Below are positions 40,954 through 59,100 of a stretch of DNA of 64,000 bases, in pieces. Source of the stretch: Ministeria vibrans ATCC 50519 (lineage: Eukaryota > Protista > Filasterea). The stretch's first letter is position 1. The number at the start of each line of letters is the position of its first letter. Under the pieces are notes generated by a model. It had not been told where the DNA came from, did no database searches, and saw nothing but the letters and a program-made list of their open reading frames with translations. Both the position numbers and the translations under genes were made by a program. The stretch is taken from positions 1 through 64,000 of the forward strand of contig CALSCP010002792.1 in NCBI GenBank assembly GCA_943704425.1, in the 5' to 3' direction.

Positions 40954-41545
40954 TCGACAGAAAAAAAAAAGTAACAGTTCGTTTATCTCTGATCACTGAG
41001 TGAAATTAATTAGAAAAAAAAATAGTTTTATTCGCTATCTCAAACAGAAATAGAAAAGCCATTAATGATTTTGTCAGCACCAGGCTGTATGCATCTCTGT
41101 CAGCATGTTGCGTCGCCGTCGCGCGCACCGGCTCTTCTCTGATTCTTCAGTTTTCACCATTCACACGAGGACCTCTGAATGAGACCCATGCCGCCTCTGA
41201 TCGGGTGTGCGCTGCTCCCCAATATGTCTATTGCTTACTCTCAAGTGTCCCTGCTGCCAGGCATCGCTCTGCATGTACGCCTTGTCCATTCAGATTTGTA
41301 TTAATCCTAATAATATTATACAAGAATTTAATCCACTTAGGAAAAAATACTTTTTTTTTTTTTTTTTGTGTGTTGTCGTTTTGTCTTAATGTGAAGATGA
41401 TGAAGAATTTGATAGGGACATCTGAAAATCGCTGACGATGTATCTTTTTGTGTTACTTGTGGTAGAGTTGACACGTCTTTTCGCTGATTCAATATAATTT
41501 ATTCTTTGAGTGTTTTTTACAAGATAATATTTTATTATAATATTT

Positions 41546-43004
41546 TTAACATTCATTGGGTTTTTTCTTACAGAGCACGGCGGCCAATGTGAAGCCCACA
41601 ATGGCCACTGTGGAAGCACCAAGGAAGCCCACGGCGTAGGGCCGCCAGCCGACGCCACGTAGCGTCGAAAATTTGGTAGTGAGACCGACGGCGGCCATAG
41701 CAGAGCCCAGCAGGAACTGCGCACCCAGCACGTCCGACACCATTGTAATGCCGCTTGCCCATTGGTCGCCGTTGAACACGCCGAGTGCGCGCGCATCATC
41801 GCCCTGTGCAAGCATATAGTCACCGAGCGAACGCACAAGTGACGCACCCACAAATCCCACGACAAACAGCGGAACAAATCGCAGAAAAGTACCAGCCCCC
41901 GACGCCGCACCGCCCTTGCCCCCGCCACTGCTCTTGCTGTTGCGGTACGCTTCCCATGACAGCAGCGGCACCACAGCACCCAGCATGAGATTCCGGCTCA
42001 GCTTGGTTATGGCCGTCACGCCAACCACCGCGTCGTCACTGTATATCTGTGAATACGCCACCTACACAAATAATGACAATGAAGAAAATATATTCAAACG
42101 CGTTATAATATACTTCTCTTGTTTGTCTGTATCGCTTCACTTTTTTGCTTGTTTGTTTTTCTGTCACTCTCATTCTTACCGCACTTCCAATGGCTTGCGA
42201 TGTGTCGTGTACAGCGAGTCCCAAAGCAACACCCACCGCTTCCGGCTCAAGCAGTGTGTGCGCGAGGTACGGGTATAGGAGCAATCCCATGGTGCCAAAG
42301 GCGACGACATTGGCGATGGCGCAGGCGGTCTCCTGCTTGGTCGCGTTGATGGCAGGCGCCACAGCCGTGATGGCGGTGACGCCGCAGATGGACGTGCCTG
42401 CCGCAATGAGGGTGCCCATGCGTGGTGGAAGACCAAAGGCACGCGAGAGCAGACGTACACTCACAAGGCCCACGGTGACGGCGGCGAGGGCGGCGGGAAC
42501 GCCCGTCGAGCCGACAGCGAGTACGTCGACCAAACTTAGTTTGGCGCCAATACACACAATTCCAGCACGCAACAGGGTGGTCGTGCAGAACTTGAGCCCC
42601 CTGGCAAGGTGCAGCTGATGTTCGTTGGGAATGGCGTTGCCCGCAGCCAGTCCAATGAGCAGGGCGCCAGCAACGCCGCTCAGAGGCGACGCCACCGTCA
42701 CGTCCTCGATTCCCTGAAACTTAAGCAGCTGCAGACCGAGATACTTTGCAGAAACAAACCCCAGAGCCATAGTGGTCGATGCCACTGCGATGCCCGGCAG
42801 ATTCGAGTCAAGAAGCAGCGCTTTCTCCTCATGATCACCGTCTGCGCTTGTGTTGTTGACGGGCACTGCCGTTGCCTTCTTCGGCGCTCTCGGACGCCCC
42901 TTTGGCGCTGGTCGCTTCTTCGTCGCCTTCGAGGAAGCACTCATGACCGCCTGCGGCCCACGCAACCGCATGATGCTGGACGTCAACGAGCGCGCGGCAA
43001 GCAT
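41546..43004 (-). CDS. YeiH/UPF0324 (putative sulfate exporter family) membrane protein with N-terminal presequence; intron ~42179-42062
   Basis: LLRAGIVCIGAKL, LIAAGTSICGVTAITAVAPAI, GLAVHDTSQAIG, ITKLSRNLML, VPLFVVGF, AMAAVGL. Confidence 0.85.
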
Positions 43005-43765
43005 CGATGTTTGAATAAAATTAAGTTTACGATCAAGTGAGTCTCTCCAGATTCCTTACACAAGACAACTCCCTGCGTCGCCTTTAAGTCACCGGACAAC
43101 ACCATGCAGGAGAATTCAAAATTGAGAGTTGAGAGAAGCGAGGAGACTGTACTCTGTAGCAGGTTCGATATATTTTTTATATATATATATTATATATATA
43201 TATATTATATATATATATATTATAATTATAATATATAGTTGCCCTGAGCCGATCGTTTGAGTCCCGCCTGACTCAACCAGTCCTCCAGTCCTCCTCAAAT
43301 TTCTTGCCTTGTGTTGCTAGTATCTTTTGTGGCGCTTCTCTGTTTGTCGCCTTCAAGGACACGCTCAGACGTATAGCAGCTCCGAAAGCCAGGTACAAAG
43401 AGGGGATGACCTCCGTTTGCCCACAATTCACGTGGAGCTCCAGTATGGCCGTTTCCACGCCACAATCGAGCAAAGACGCAACACATCCAGTCTGGAGCAC
43501 GAGTCGCCACCGTATCCCTTGCGACCAGTGCGTGGTGCGGCCGTCCAAGGGCCGCTGTGCCGTCAAACGGGTGGTTTTTTTTTCTCTCTCTAATGTGTGT
43601 GTGTGTGTGTGTGTGTGACTCGTCATCATCACGTCCTGTGCCGACGCTGCAGCCCGCCCGCCCACCCGCCCGTGGACGTGCCCTCTTCCCACTTCTTTCC
43701 AACCTTTGCGATGTCTAACGCCTGGCGTGCTGTAGATTGAGAAGGACCGCAACTTTTAAGCAGTC

Positions 43766-46817
<3,052 letters not shown>

Positions 46818-47155
46818 ACACTTCCAAGGAACAAAAGCACATGAGACTCCCCCAAAATAAAAGAACTGGTTTTCTTCCTCTTCAAAATTCTGCATTCTTA
46901 TTAAATTATTATTTATTCTCGATCTTGTGGAAAACTTTTGGTTTTCGTCTGAATAAAACAATAGAAATATTATTATGAATTTGCATTCAATTTTGATTAA
47001 TTAACATGATAAACGATAATTCCAGTAACAAATTTTCTCTCCATCTCTCCTTCTCTCTTCATATGGTTGTTGTGTTCGTAGAGTTGACTCGATGCCTGCA
47101 TAGCGAGTCATCTCCACTCTCTTCCACACAAACACGCACTCTCTCTGCTCACTGA

Positions 47156-50100
47156 TCACTCGGGAGACTCAGACAAGTAGGGTCCAGTCTTGGCACGCTG
47201 CACCCACTCTGGGGGCTCCACCACAAGAGAGCGACGACGCGCAAGATAACGCATGGCCGGATCCGAGTTGTCAATGTCGATCTCTTGTGGGCCAATTTCA
47301 GGATCGTTGAGTACACGGCCGTGCTGCCAGCGCTCCTGCTCGCGCACCTGCAACACCTTGAGTGCCGTCTCCGTCTTGCGACGCAGGTCGCCCTCGCGTG
47401 TCACAAAGTGCACAAGGTCCTCGTAGGTGGCGTCGGCGGCCACTGAGGGACGACGCCAGATGCGGCGCGACGCACGCTCGTCCTCACTGACATTGTCGTC
47501 TCCTTCGCTCTTGCTGCTACCACTGCGCCAATCCTCGTCAAGCTCCAGTCCTGACTGTTGCACTTCCAAAACAGTCGCCATCGATGCCTGACGACGCTGC
47601 AGCTCGTGCTCGTGCTCCCGCTCGCGCATCGATCCCGTTCGCTGTTGGCTGTACGTTCCCTCATACTTCTTCTTGGACTGCTTCAGCTGCTCGTTGCGAC
47701 GGTACAGCACATAGCCACCAATGACAAGCACCAACAGGAGGCAGCCAACAACAACACCCGCAATGATGCCCGCCGACGAGCTCGACGAGGACGACGACAG
47801 ACTACCAAGGGAGCTGGTGGTAGAGGAGAGTGCCGAAATGGAGGGCGTGAAGCGCAGCGCGTGGTTCATCGACGCCAGCTCGTCAACGGTCACATCATCA
47901 AAGATGGCCACTCCATTGATCACAGGCACGGTCAGATTGCCTTGCAACGTGCCATCTTCAATGGCCGAGTCGCTCGTCGTGTTCCAAAGCGAAATGGTCA
48001 TGTTCCACGGATTCGTCTCAGTGCCAATCGACGCGATCACCACGCCATCCACGTCCGTCACGTACGCCTTCATCGACACGCTGCGTCGGCCATTCTCAAC
48101 CACACCAAATTTGTCCCCAATCACGGGCAGAATCAGCTCGGGAATGTCAAGTGGGTCCGCAATGAGTGTCGAAAGCACGGCAGCCTGCTCGGCCGCGAGT
48201 GCCTCCGCCTCGGCAGCAGCCGCCGCAGCAATTTGCTCGGGCGTCGGGTCTACGTTAACGGGAATCTCAACGGGCACCGAGGGTTCAGCCACGGCCGCGG
48301 GTGCCTCAACCACCACCTCAAAGAGAGTGCCGTTGACAAGGACAGCAAGTTCGCCTGACTGAGCCGCATTCTGCAGTTTCTGTGCCGCTGCCTGCAGCTC
48401 GGCAACGAGCGCTGCCTCGTCTGCCTGAGCCGCAAGCGTCGCCTGGTACTCAGCCAGCGTGTCGTTGACGGAAGGGGGTGCGCCCACAAGCGTGTCCGGA
48501 TCCGACTCGGTGCCGTCCAGGTCGTCAAAGCCCGAGGTGGTACTGTTGCCACTGGTGCCGCCCGTGGGAGTCGTTGCGTTGTTTGTCGTGGTCACCGTCA
48601 GATTCGCCAATGGCTCCGGTCCAATCTCAACCGTGACTTCGGTCGTGTCGACCGCACGACGACGACCGGCCGCCGCGACAATGTTCACAATGCGAATGGT
48701 CGCCGGGTCCTTGTCGAGGATCATCGCCAAGTTGGCAATGAGATTCAGCTCAAAAAACTGCGGCAGAGGCAGCGCCATCTCAAGCGACACCTGCACCACA
48801 GGCGCCTTCTTGATAACGACGTTACCAGGACCGTTGAGCACCACGTAGAGACGCGCCGAGGCACGGTCAAAGTAGTTCGCACCATTGTGCGCCCCCAGCG
48901 CCGGCAAATACTGCGAGCCCTGCGGGCGACGCTGCTGTCCGTCCAGCAGATACTCCGTGTTCTGCGGAGTAATGTAGCGACCGTCGACATACACGTCGAA
49001 ACGCTCGGGCTGCGTGTAGAAAATGGACGTGCGCACCGACTGGCCCGCGTCGCTGTTGAGCAGCTGAAGACGCATCTTGCCAGGTGGTGTGCCACGGAAG
49101 TACAGGTCGTAGTGCACCGCCACCTTCACAATGGGGTGCCACTGACTCAGGCGCTCCTGGCAGGTGTAGCCCTCGCACCAGCCCCAGTCTTGGAAGGAGT
49201 TGACATTCTGAATGGCATTCTCACCAATGACGGCGAGCGGCGCGACATTACGCGTCTCCGTGTCGGAGTCGAGGCTCTCGACCACAAGCATCTTGTGGAG
49301 CATGCCGGGGCAGTACCAGGCCGACATGACCGAGTTGAAGACGCAACGCGACGACTTGATGATGCCCACGGTCGAGTAGACGGACGACCAGGGCATGACG
49401 GAGCCGTCGGGACGAACACGCGCAGCAAACGGGATGAGGTTTTGCTTGAAGGCAAGCTCGCTGTTGGGCAGCACCATGGTGCGCTCGCCCAGGCCCGACA
49501 GGGATCCGTCAAGATCGTCAATCATCGAGGCCTTCTTGCCGGGACACAGGTCAAAGACACAGTCCTTGGGGTTGACGGCGGACGGGTCGGGTGTGTACAG
49601 GTGCACCACGTTGGACGCGCCCACGTTCACCTTGGTCACGTTGCGCACCACCATGGGGTGTTGCGCGTCGGGCGCCAGCTCGTTGCTCGTAATGGCAAAA
49701 TCGCGGCCGACAAAGTCAATCAGCGTCACATTGGTGAACGAAGAGCGCCCCTGCACATTGGCGTAAAATTTCACCTTGTGCCAGGGGTATGGAGGACCCG
49801 GTGACATGGTCATTGCAAACTGTGGAAACATGATGCCCGTGAAGAAACGACCCACGCTCAACGAGTTTGGCTCGACAACGAGCGGTCGCACAACGGGACC
49901 GGGCACGGGCGATCGTGAGATGGCAACAATGTCGGCGACCTCCACGGTTGAGCCTGTCAACTTTTGAATACCACCATTCTCCACATTGGCGCTAATGCCA
50001 ACCTTGGCATCCGCCGTGAACACATCGGTGAAGCGCGCCGACAGTCGGCTCTTCGTGTACACTCCAAAGTCCCAGCTCTTCCACACACGAATGCCCTTGG

Positions 50101-53100
50101 CCTCGGAACAGGTGGCGTCCACGGCACTTGTGGCCTCGAGACGGAAGCCCATGAGGCAACTGTTGCCTTCGTTGTCAAACACACGACGACTCACGTCCGT
50201 AAGCGACGACGAGCACTCGTCGCCGCGCACGCGGAAGCAGCTGCGCTCGCCGCCTGCCGCACGATTGTGGCGCACCACCGAGTTGGTACCGGAGATGTCA
50301 AAGACGGCAATAATTTCGCGAAGGTGGTCGTCGGCCGGGTTGGGCAGCTCGACACGCATTTGCATGCCGAGATTGCGCAGGAAGCTGTTGCTGTCGCCCG
50401 ACACCACCTTGAAGGTCGATGAGAACGACTGGAAGACTACGTTGTCCTCCACCGCAACACCGTTGCTGCCGTAAATACCCACAAAGGTGTTGTAGCCGGT
50501 GTTCACCGAGCATCGCTTGATGTAGGACACCTCGCCGTTCGAACCAATGCCACGAATGGCAATGACGTGTCGCGGATCGTTCTCGTCGTACCAGGCACGC
50601 TGACCGGCGTTGCGGAACTCGACGCTGTCCACCTTGATCTTGCCCTCGTACAACGTGTCCTCGTCGGCTCCATTGACAATGGTCCAGACAAAGTTGGCAA
50701 CGAGAATGCTTGCGCCGTACTGCTGCACATTGAGCACGTCGGCAGCATCATTGAGACCCTCGATGATGATCGTCTTGCCGCTCAGCAGACCCACCGCAGC
50801 CGAAAGACGATACGACAGTGGGGTGCCGGCGACAAAGTGAGCCGAGGCGTAGTGGGGATTGGCAAGTGGTGCGCTCAGTTGGAGACGGCGTCCGCCATTT
50901 TGCACGGCGGCAATGGTCGCCTTCTCGCACTGGTACACGTCGTAGTCGGTCGTCGAGATGGCAATGACCGCACCGATGGGCCAGTCGACGGGATGTTCCA
51001 GATCGATGGAAGTGTCGCCAGCAGCCACCGAAGTGCCCAACAGCGTCCACTGCGCCACGCTTGGCTTGCCATAGAGCGCCAGCTCGCCAAACACACCAAT
51101 GCTCTTGCTGCCCAAGTTCAAATCGTTGCTGAATGACGGCCCGGGCGTCTGACGGTCGCCCGTAAGCATGATGCGCGCTTCGTGCTCGGCCGGATGTGTT
51201 TCGTTGCCAATGGCGAGCTTGCCGTTGCGAATGAGAATGTTTTGAGCCGTCATGCTGATGGGTTGGCGATGATCCCAGCGCAACTCGCCAAACACATTGA
51301 CGGTGCCCAAGGGGGGCGGGGTCACGTCCACAATCATAATCCAAATGTCGGCAATGTCCACGTCCGCACCCGCCTGCGGCAGGGTCCCGTTCTCCCACGA
51401 GGCTGGGTTGCTCCAGTAGCGGATGCCAGGCTGCAACCAGAGCGGCAGCGGTGGCAGAGGACAGCCACCCACGGGGCACATGTTGAGACGGTAGTTTGCG
51501 TTGAGGGTGATGCCCGTCGTCGAGCTCATGTCGCTGCGACGTCCGCTCAGCACGTACTCCAGGCGATCGCTAATGGTCTTGTTAAAATGCCAGGTCATGT
51601 GCGGGTCCGTTGACACCACGTCGGTCTCCTTGCCCACGCGATTGCTGCCAATCTGGAAATGATCGGGCGCCGACAGGACGTTCTGGTGAAGGATGATAGT
51701 GTCAAGGGGAAGCGCCTCGTAGATCGCCATGTTAATCTTGGTCGGGTCAACTTCACTCTGGGAGGCGAGGTCGAAGCGCAGCGTAGTCAGCTCGCCCATG
51801 GGTAGGATGGCCATGTAGCCGTTGGTGTGCGTGATGCGCTTTTGCTTCCACGGCACATTCGTGGTACCATGGGTGTTGTTGAAAATGGCATCCTTGCCCT
51901 CAATCGACGAGGGATTGACACTGTTAAAGGCGGCACGACGGTAGTTGCGCGTGCTGTCACACACGGCGCCGCCAAACGAGCCGACGCTCCAAGCCGGGGA
52001 GTTCAGCGTACACTCGGTGGACGACAGCAGGCCCATGGTGGGCATCACCCAGCCGCCAGTCATGCCCGCAAGGGTACCGTCCACATCGCGGTACATGACA
52101 GCGTGCTCCCACGGCCAGTTGGCGCGATGCGGCGAGTTGATAAAGGACATCTTCTCAAAGCGCACCTCAAAACCGCCCTGCGCAGGTTTGCACTTGCTGC
52201 ACGCATAGAAAGCGGCGGCGTCGGAGCGAATGCCGTCGAGCGACGAGTCGTAACCGTGAATGGTGACGCCCGAGACGGTAAGGAAGAACGACTTGGGGGT
52301 CTTGATAGCGCCCAAACCAATGGTCATGTTACGCTTCGCTTCGGTCGTCTCCATCATATCGGAGCGCGCCATGATAAGCGAGTCCTTGAAGAGCGGACCG
52401 CCCCAGGTGCCCTCCTCGATCTCGGTCCATTCCAGACCAAAATCCACCGAGTCAGCAATGATGGCGTTCACAAGCTGGATGTGTCCTGTCTTGGTGAACT
52501 CGACACCGTTGATGCGATTGGCATACGTCGTGAAGTTGGCAAACTGTGCGGTGGCCAGGCCGCCGCCGTTGCAACCATTCACGTGAGGGCTGTAGCCACC
52601 CTCGCGATTCCATGTGCGCAGACCAAACTCGCCGTTGGAGTGCGCAAGGTTGTTGTTGTGCGCGCCAAACTTGCCCACGCGCGGACAGACGGTGACGGTG
52701 GCGCTGGGACCGGTGGGGTGCTCCTCAAGGTTGTACCACCAGCCGTAGTGGCTCGAGCCGGCGGCGACGTTGTCCTCGTAGATGTTGTCGGCATTGGTCA
52801 CCCAGAAGGTGGCGGGGGTCACGTCGGTGTTGAGCAGCGCCAACGACGGCTTCGTCAGACAGCCAAGGTTACCAATGAAGCGGTTGCCGGTCTCGATGCC
52901 ATCCTCGACAAAGTATGAGTGCCCCAGCGTGTTGTAAATGACATTCTTCTCAAATAGCGCATCGTGGACGCCGTGCGCCGTGAGGCCGCGGTTGAACGTG
53001 TGATGAATGGAGCAGCCACGAATGTACGAGGTGGGCAGCGAGCCACTCATGTGGTAGTGAAGCGGGTAGCGACCCAGGCCAAAGGCCTGGCCAGCATGAC

Positions 53101-56100
53101 GAACCTCTACATACTCAATCTTGCCCCACTTCACCTTGTTCATGAGCAGGTGCACGCCGTACTGGTCCTCGCCGGGCTGCACCTCGGGCGTCGTCAGGAC
53201 ATTGCCCTGAATGATAATGTTGCGACTCAGCAAGGCAACTTCGCCCTCGACGCGCAACGTAAAGCCATTGACCGTTTGTGTCATGGACAAGTGCTCGTGC
53301 GAAAGGGGACGATCAAAGGTGACAATGGCACCCGAAACGTTTGTCACCGTTACAATGTCGGTGTCGTTACCATCGTGCCCCGTGCTTGTCAAGAGAATCT
53401 CGGCGCCCACGGGCCAACCGACAGGCTCCTTGAGAGTAATCGAGGTGTCGCCAGGCTGCGCCGACACCGCAAGACGAGTCCAGGTTACCTCAGGCTTACC
53501 GTGCAGATCAATCGAGCCGCGACGCACGCCAATGCATTTGGCACCAAAGATGGGAATCTCCTTGGAGCGGTGCGTGCCATGCAGCGTAATAATGGCGCGG
53601 TTAAGAAAAGGCTCCGCCTCCGTGCCAATGTTGAGCTCGCCGTCGTTCACAAGAATGTACTCGGCGTCAAGCGTCACGTCCTTGCGAGCAAACTCGAGCA
53701 CGCCGTCGATGAGAAGAAATCCCAGCTTTGGTGTGTTGACATCAAGCATGACAGTGTGACCGGCAGGAATGACAACGCTCTCGCCGGCCGCAGGCGGGTT
53801 CTCGCCACCCCAGGTGTACTTGCTGGACCACAAATCGATGTAAGTGAATGAGGTGTGGTTGCCTACAGTCGACGCGCCCTGACCGGCAATGTGGACGCGC
53901 ACATGATCGACAAAGGTGGTCGTCGAATTGGCGGTGTGACAGGTGATGAGGTTGGCGGAGGCGGTCGCGACAACGCAGGCGCGCTCACCAATGGTGACGG
54001 TCGGCGTGCCATTTGCGTCGAATCCCGAACCGGTAATGGTGACGAGAACATTGCCACCGGTGCCGCCGAGCGACGGCGAGATTGTGGAGACGGCGGGCGT
54101 AAGCGATGTGCTAAAGGTGAACGAGGAGGCAAGGGTGGAGTCGAGGGAATCGTCTTCAAGTGCCACCTTGACGACACAGACAGTGTCACTGGCTGGCACC
54201 GCCTCGTTGGCGCCCGTGTAGGCACCGACACGACATGTGATGGACGAATCCGATGAGGCCGACACAACGCACGGTACGGAACAGACAGTGACCACGGAGT
54301 TGGCGTGGAATCCCGCGCCGCTCAGTGTCAGATCGATGCCACCACCGTAGCTCGAGGTGACAGGACTCACCGTCGAGAGGCTCAACGGCACGTTGACTGC
54401 AGCCGGCGTGACGCTAGCATAGCCGGCGGGTGCGGCGTGGACCTCGAGAGTGTACGAGCCGGCGGGTAGAGCGTCAGGCAGGGTACACACGACCGAAGAG
54501 GCGTTTGCAAGGGTTACGGTGCACACAAAGGCAGCGTCCTCCACGTCAATCAGCGTCACCTTGGTGCTGACGGTCGTGCCCAAGAGAGTTCCGCCAAGCG
54601 TGAGCTGTTCGCCGCCATTGGGTGACGAAGACGACGTCGAAGTGACGGTGGGCGTCGAGGCGCTTGCCTGTTGAAACGTGCCCGACGAGGTGCTCCAGGT
54701 GACGCCCGAGTCGATGGAGACGGAGACGGCGCTGGCCGAAGCCATGTCTGAGCCGGCATCGGTGGTGCACACAACGGTGTTCGAGTTGGCAAGCGAGTCG
54801 ACGACACACTCCGCATCGTTGCCCAGCTTGACGCGGACCATATCCTCGTCGGTTGGCAGACCATGACCCGAAATGGTGAGAGAAGTGCCGCCGAGTGTTG
54901 AGCCGCTTGAGGGTGCGACAGCACCAAGTTCAAGGCGATGCGTGATCAGGGCCGATGTGTTGCTGCCGCTGAACTGGGCGACACCAGCGTTTGCAACGAC
55001 AACCGAGACGGAACGTACGTTGGCGGGCGCCTCCGAAACGGTACAGGTGATCTGAGTGGCACTCTCGGTGACCACGGTACAGGGATACTCACCAATAGTG
55101 CCGATGTACACAGCAAGGACCGAAGGCGCGAACCCCGTGCCATTGATGGTGATGGTATCGCCCGCGACAACGGTCGGCGACGAGGCAGTGGCGCTCGCGA
55201 CCCACGGGGTGAGCGCCTGATCGTACTCAAAGGTACACTCGGACGCAGCCACACAGGCAGCGTGTGCGGTGCTTGCGACGCCACCGACAGCGATGGTCAC
55301 GAGCTGAGCCTGGCTCGAACCCAACTGGTGGTGAAGTGCGACCGTTTCGGCGGCGAGGGGCGCGCCGAAGATGGATACTTCGTCGATGGAGACGGGACTT
55401 GAGCCGGCGCCAATAATCAGCTTCTCGTTGGTGTTGGCGGCGAGGGACTCGTCAACGGCAAGCGTGTACGACGCCACCAAAGCACCGTCGACAAACAGCG
55501 AAAGGGTGGTCGAAGAGGCGTCCATGGTCGTCTCAATGTTGGCGACCAGATGGTGCCAGGCACCGCCGACACTGACGACGGGACCCACGAGGACAGCGTA
55601 GTGACCGGACGCAAAGACGTTAGTGGCGTTCCAGGGTGACGTCTGCGACTTCACCAAGCGATGGTTGTTGATGCACGAGTCACACGCGTTAGGCGCACAG
55701 ACGCTCGCGTTATGACCCGGCCACGAGACGCCCACCCAAAATTCGATGTGGCCGCACGAGTTGAGCACGAGCGCGTAGCCAATGCCCGAAACGAGAAGCT
55801 GCTCGAAGTCACCGGTGGGGTTGGCGGCGTCGTGACCACGCATCCACAACTCGACAGCCATGGAGGCGGCGTTGAGCGCGGGCACATAGGGCACACTGAC
55901 TGTAGCAGTGGTGGCATTGAGAGCGACGTTGTCGTCGACAGTAGCGTGAATACCGGTGGCCGTGCGGTAGGCACTCGGTCCCGAGTCGACGTACACACCA
56001 GTGGTAGAGATGTCGAGCGAGCCGGTGCTGACAACGGTCGACTCAACGACAGCATCGTCGAGCGACCACTGAGCAAGGGGGGCTGCTTGACGCACGGCGG

Positions 56101-59100
56101 CTGCGTAGCCATCGCTCGCCGTGTTGCTGGTGCGACAGGTGAGCTGCGACGAGCTGGCGACACTCGAGACGACACAAGGGCGACCACCAATGGAGACGAG
56201 GTTATTCGAGGGAGTGACCGAGTCAAAACCCGAGCCGGACACGACAATGGGGAGGCCACCGGAGGTGGCGCCGCTCGCAGGCGACATGCCGGTGACGGCC
56301 GGTGTGTGGACAAAGAGCACGTGGTTGGAGACGCCAGCGCCGTTCGCCGCATGTGCGACAAGCGGCACGAGCGATCCAACGGGTGTCTCTGTGTGCAGAG
56401 TACAGTTGACCTCGTTGTCGGCAATCTGACCGACAACCACGGTGCATGCCTGGGCAGCGAAGACGACGGAAAGATCCGCGGCAACCGAGCCAAAATTGCT
56501 ACCACGAAGGGTCACGGCAGTGCTAAGAGGGCTCATGTGGGGCACAATGGCGCTAACATGGGGTGTGGCGCTACCCTCAAAGGAAAACGTAAGCGCTGAG
56601 GTGTCGACGACAACATCCTTGATGGTGACAATAGGCTTTGCAGAGAGGACGCTCGCGGCGAGCGAGCGCACGGTGATCGTACCGCGCATGTCGACCTCGC
56701 CGTGGGTGTTGGACACGTAGTAGTGAGTGCCGGGCTGTGAGAAGGCGCGTGAGTACGAGCCAATGCGCGATGCGGCACCGCTGATAAAGCCACCCTCGAG
56801 AGGTTCGGTGTCTGAGTCGCTGGCGACCTCGACGACCGAGTGGAATGCGCCCAGAAAGACGTCGCCAACCCACGACCATGCAACCGAATCACCCACGTTA
56901 ATGGTGAGGTCGCGCGGCGACCAGGCGTACCCGAGTCCCAAAGCGGCATTGGCCTCGGCCGTGTTGTTCACCTTGTGTGTGCTGCTTGCCGACGCGGTGA
57001 CACACGTGATGGTCTCAGCAGACGTGTCAACCTGCGACACGACACAGTCGGTGTCGTCGGCGAGTGTGACACTGACATCACCCGCAACAGTGGTGGTGCC
57101 GGCGAGGCCGCTGAGGGAGAAGGTGAGAGTCTGGGCACCGCGGAGCGAGCCAGTGGTTGGGCTCAAGGTGGAGGCAACCAGAGCGTAGGCGAAGTCGGCG
57201 GCATTAGCGTTGACAGGAGTGGATGCACCGGCCGAGGGGACGTGCACCGTGACGACATGTGTGCCGTCGATGTGTGCCGACGTAACACACTCGATGTTCG
57301 AATCGTTCACCGATGCGACGTTGACGACACAGTTGGCGCTGTCAATGGCCACGGATATTTCGTTTGCACTCGTGTCGCCCACGAGGAAGTTTGCCCCAGT
57401 CAGTGTGATGGTAGTGCCACCAAGTCCGCTCCCGCTGTTGGGCGACACCGAAGAGACGGAAGGCGTGGCGGCGGCACTGTAGGTGAACGCGGAGACACTC
57501 GTGGCAGTCGGTGTGGTGCTGGAGCCAGTGGCGCTGACGGTGACGGCGACTGTGGCGGCGCCCGCGGTGGACGACGCAGGAAGCGTGCAATCAATGTGCG
57601 TCTCGTTACTGCTCACAATAGTACAGGCCTGGGCGGTCCCCGCATTTCCATTGGGGTACACGGTGACGGCGAGCTGATCGGCGACGGCCCCAAAGCCAGT
57701 ACCAACCACGGTGATGGGTGTGGCACCACCGAGCGAGGCGGTAGCATCCACACGCGGCAAGGCAACGCTGGTGATAGTGACACCAACAACGACGGTGGGG
57801 GTGCCGGAGGCGAGACCATTTGGGGAGACTGTAGCGGCGAGTGTGAAGGTGCCAGCGGGCTGGTCGAGCGCGAGCGAACAAACAATGGTCGAGCTGGTCG
57901 AGTCGGTGACGGTACAGAAGTTGTCGGTACCGACCTTGACGGTGACGTCGCTGCTGGACGCCGCGGCAATGTTGGAGCCGCTGAGAGTAATGGTGGAGCC
58001 GGGTGCAACGGGGTCGGTGGGTGCCACAGTGGAGACAGTGGGAGCGGCGGCGGCGCTATACAGAAATGTGCAGTTGTCGGGGTTGGGACAAGAGGACGGA
58101 ACGCCGTCGACGAAGGCACGCACAAAGCCCGACGAGACCACGGTTGGAACGCTGAGCCAGTCACCCGGGATGGGCGCGACCAGGAGACCACCAATGACGG
58201 TGCGCTCGATGGTCACGGCTGCGTTGACGCCAGCAAGCGAGGTGTGCGTGAGGTTAAAGAGTGGCTGAGTACCACCGAGAGCGTCGAAGCGCACGTCCCA
58301 GGCGACGCCAAGGCACTTGTCGGAGGGCGAGGTGGATGCCTCGGTGACGGTGATATTTGCGCCGTACACGCGAGCGGCTTCGAGAGCGTTGGTGACCTCA
58401 TCCGTAGTCATGTTTGCAAACAAGTTGGTGGTGACGCCGCTGCGAGAGAGACGGAACGAGCCGGCGAGGGGTTCGGGGAGCTCGTTGATACTGGCAACAA
58501 CGACGGACACATTGAGAGCGTTGGAGGAGACCTCAAGGTCCGAGGGGTCCGCAACGACCAGGGGAAGATCGGAGGCGCACTGGTTGGGCAAGGGTGTGAA
58601 GGCAAGGGTCCACGAGCCGAAAGTATCCGAGGTGACGGCGACATCGGCAATGGCAATGTTGTTTGGGGTGGCGGCGGTCTCGTCGCGCACGACAGTGCGT
58701 GCCTTGGACGCGATGGAAAATTCGTCGATGTAGAATTCGCCGCCCTCGAACGAGTTTGAGCTGATGGGGCGGTACCAAATGAGAGCGGTGATGCGACGAT
58801 CGGGATCGTAGCCCATCGAGTCTTGTAGCTGGTTGTTGATGTTGATACAAGTGTAGTGCCAGTCGTCGTCGCGCGTGACAGTGTGTCCGACCGTGTTGAA
58901 CGACGCCACCTTGGCGTAGTTGTGCGACGGCTCCGCCGTGACCTCGACCGATTTCCAGTTGTGGCCGCTCACATCGTCAACCTTGATGAGCATAGTGACG
59001 CGCGAGGCCGGAGGAATGCGGTAGGCAGTACAGATGAAAGGGTGCGACTTGACCTTGAAGCCAGTGGAGCCCTGGCCACTCTCGGCGTTGGACGAGTCCT

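Noticed and set aside
41070-41295. GC-rich ~220-nt island between WDR33 and YeiH with a gcgcgcacc/ggtgtgcgc stem and short ORFs
   Set aside because: No consistent spliced ORF or known RNA motif could be built. May be promoter or UTR sequence.
56840-58759. 639-aa plus-strand ORF and other long antisense ORFs (13656-14831, 48887-49804, 51827-52918)
   Set aside because: Antisense shadows of GC3-biased coding sequence (PKHD1L1-like, XDH-like) with no recognisable motifs.
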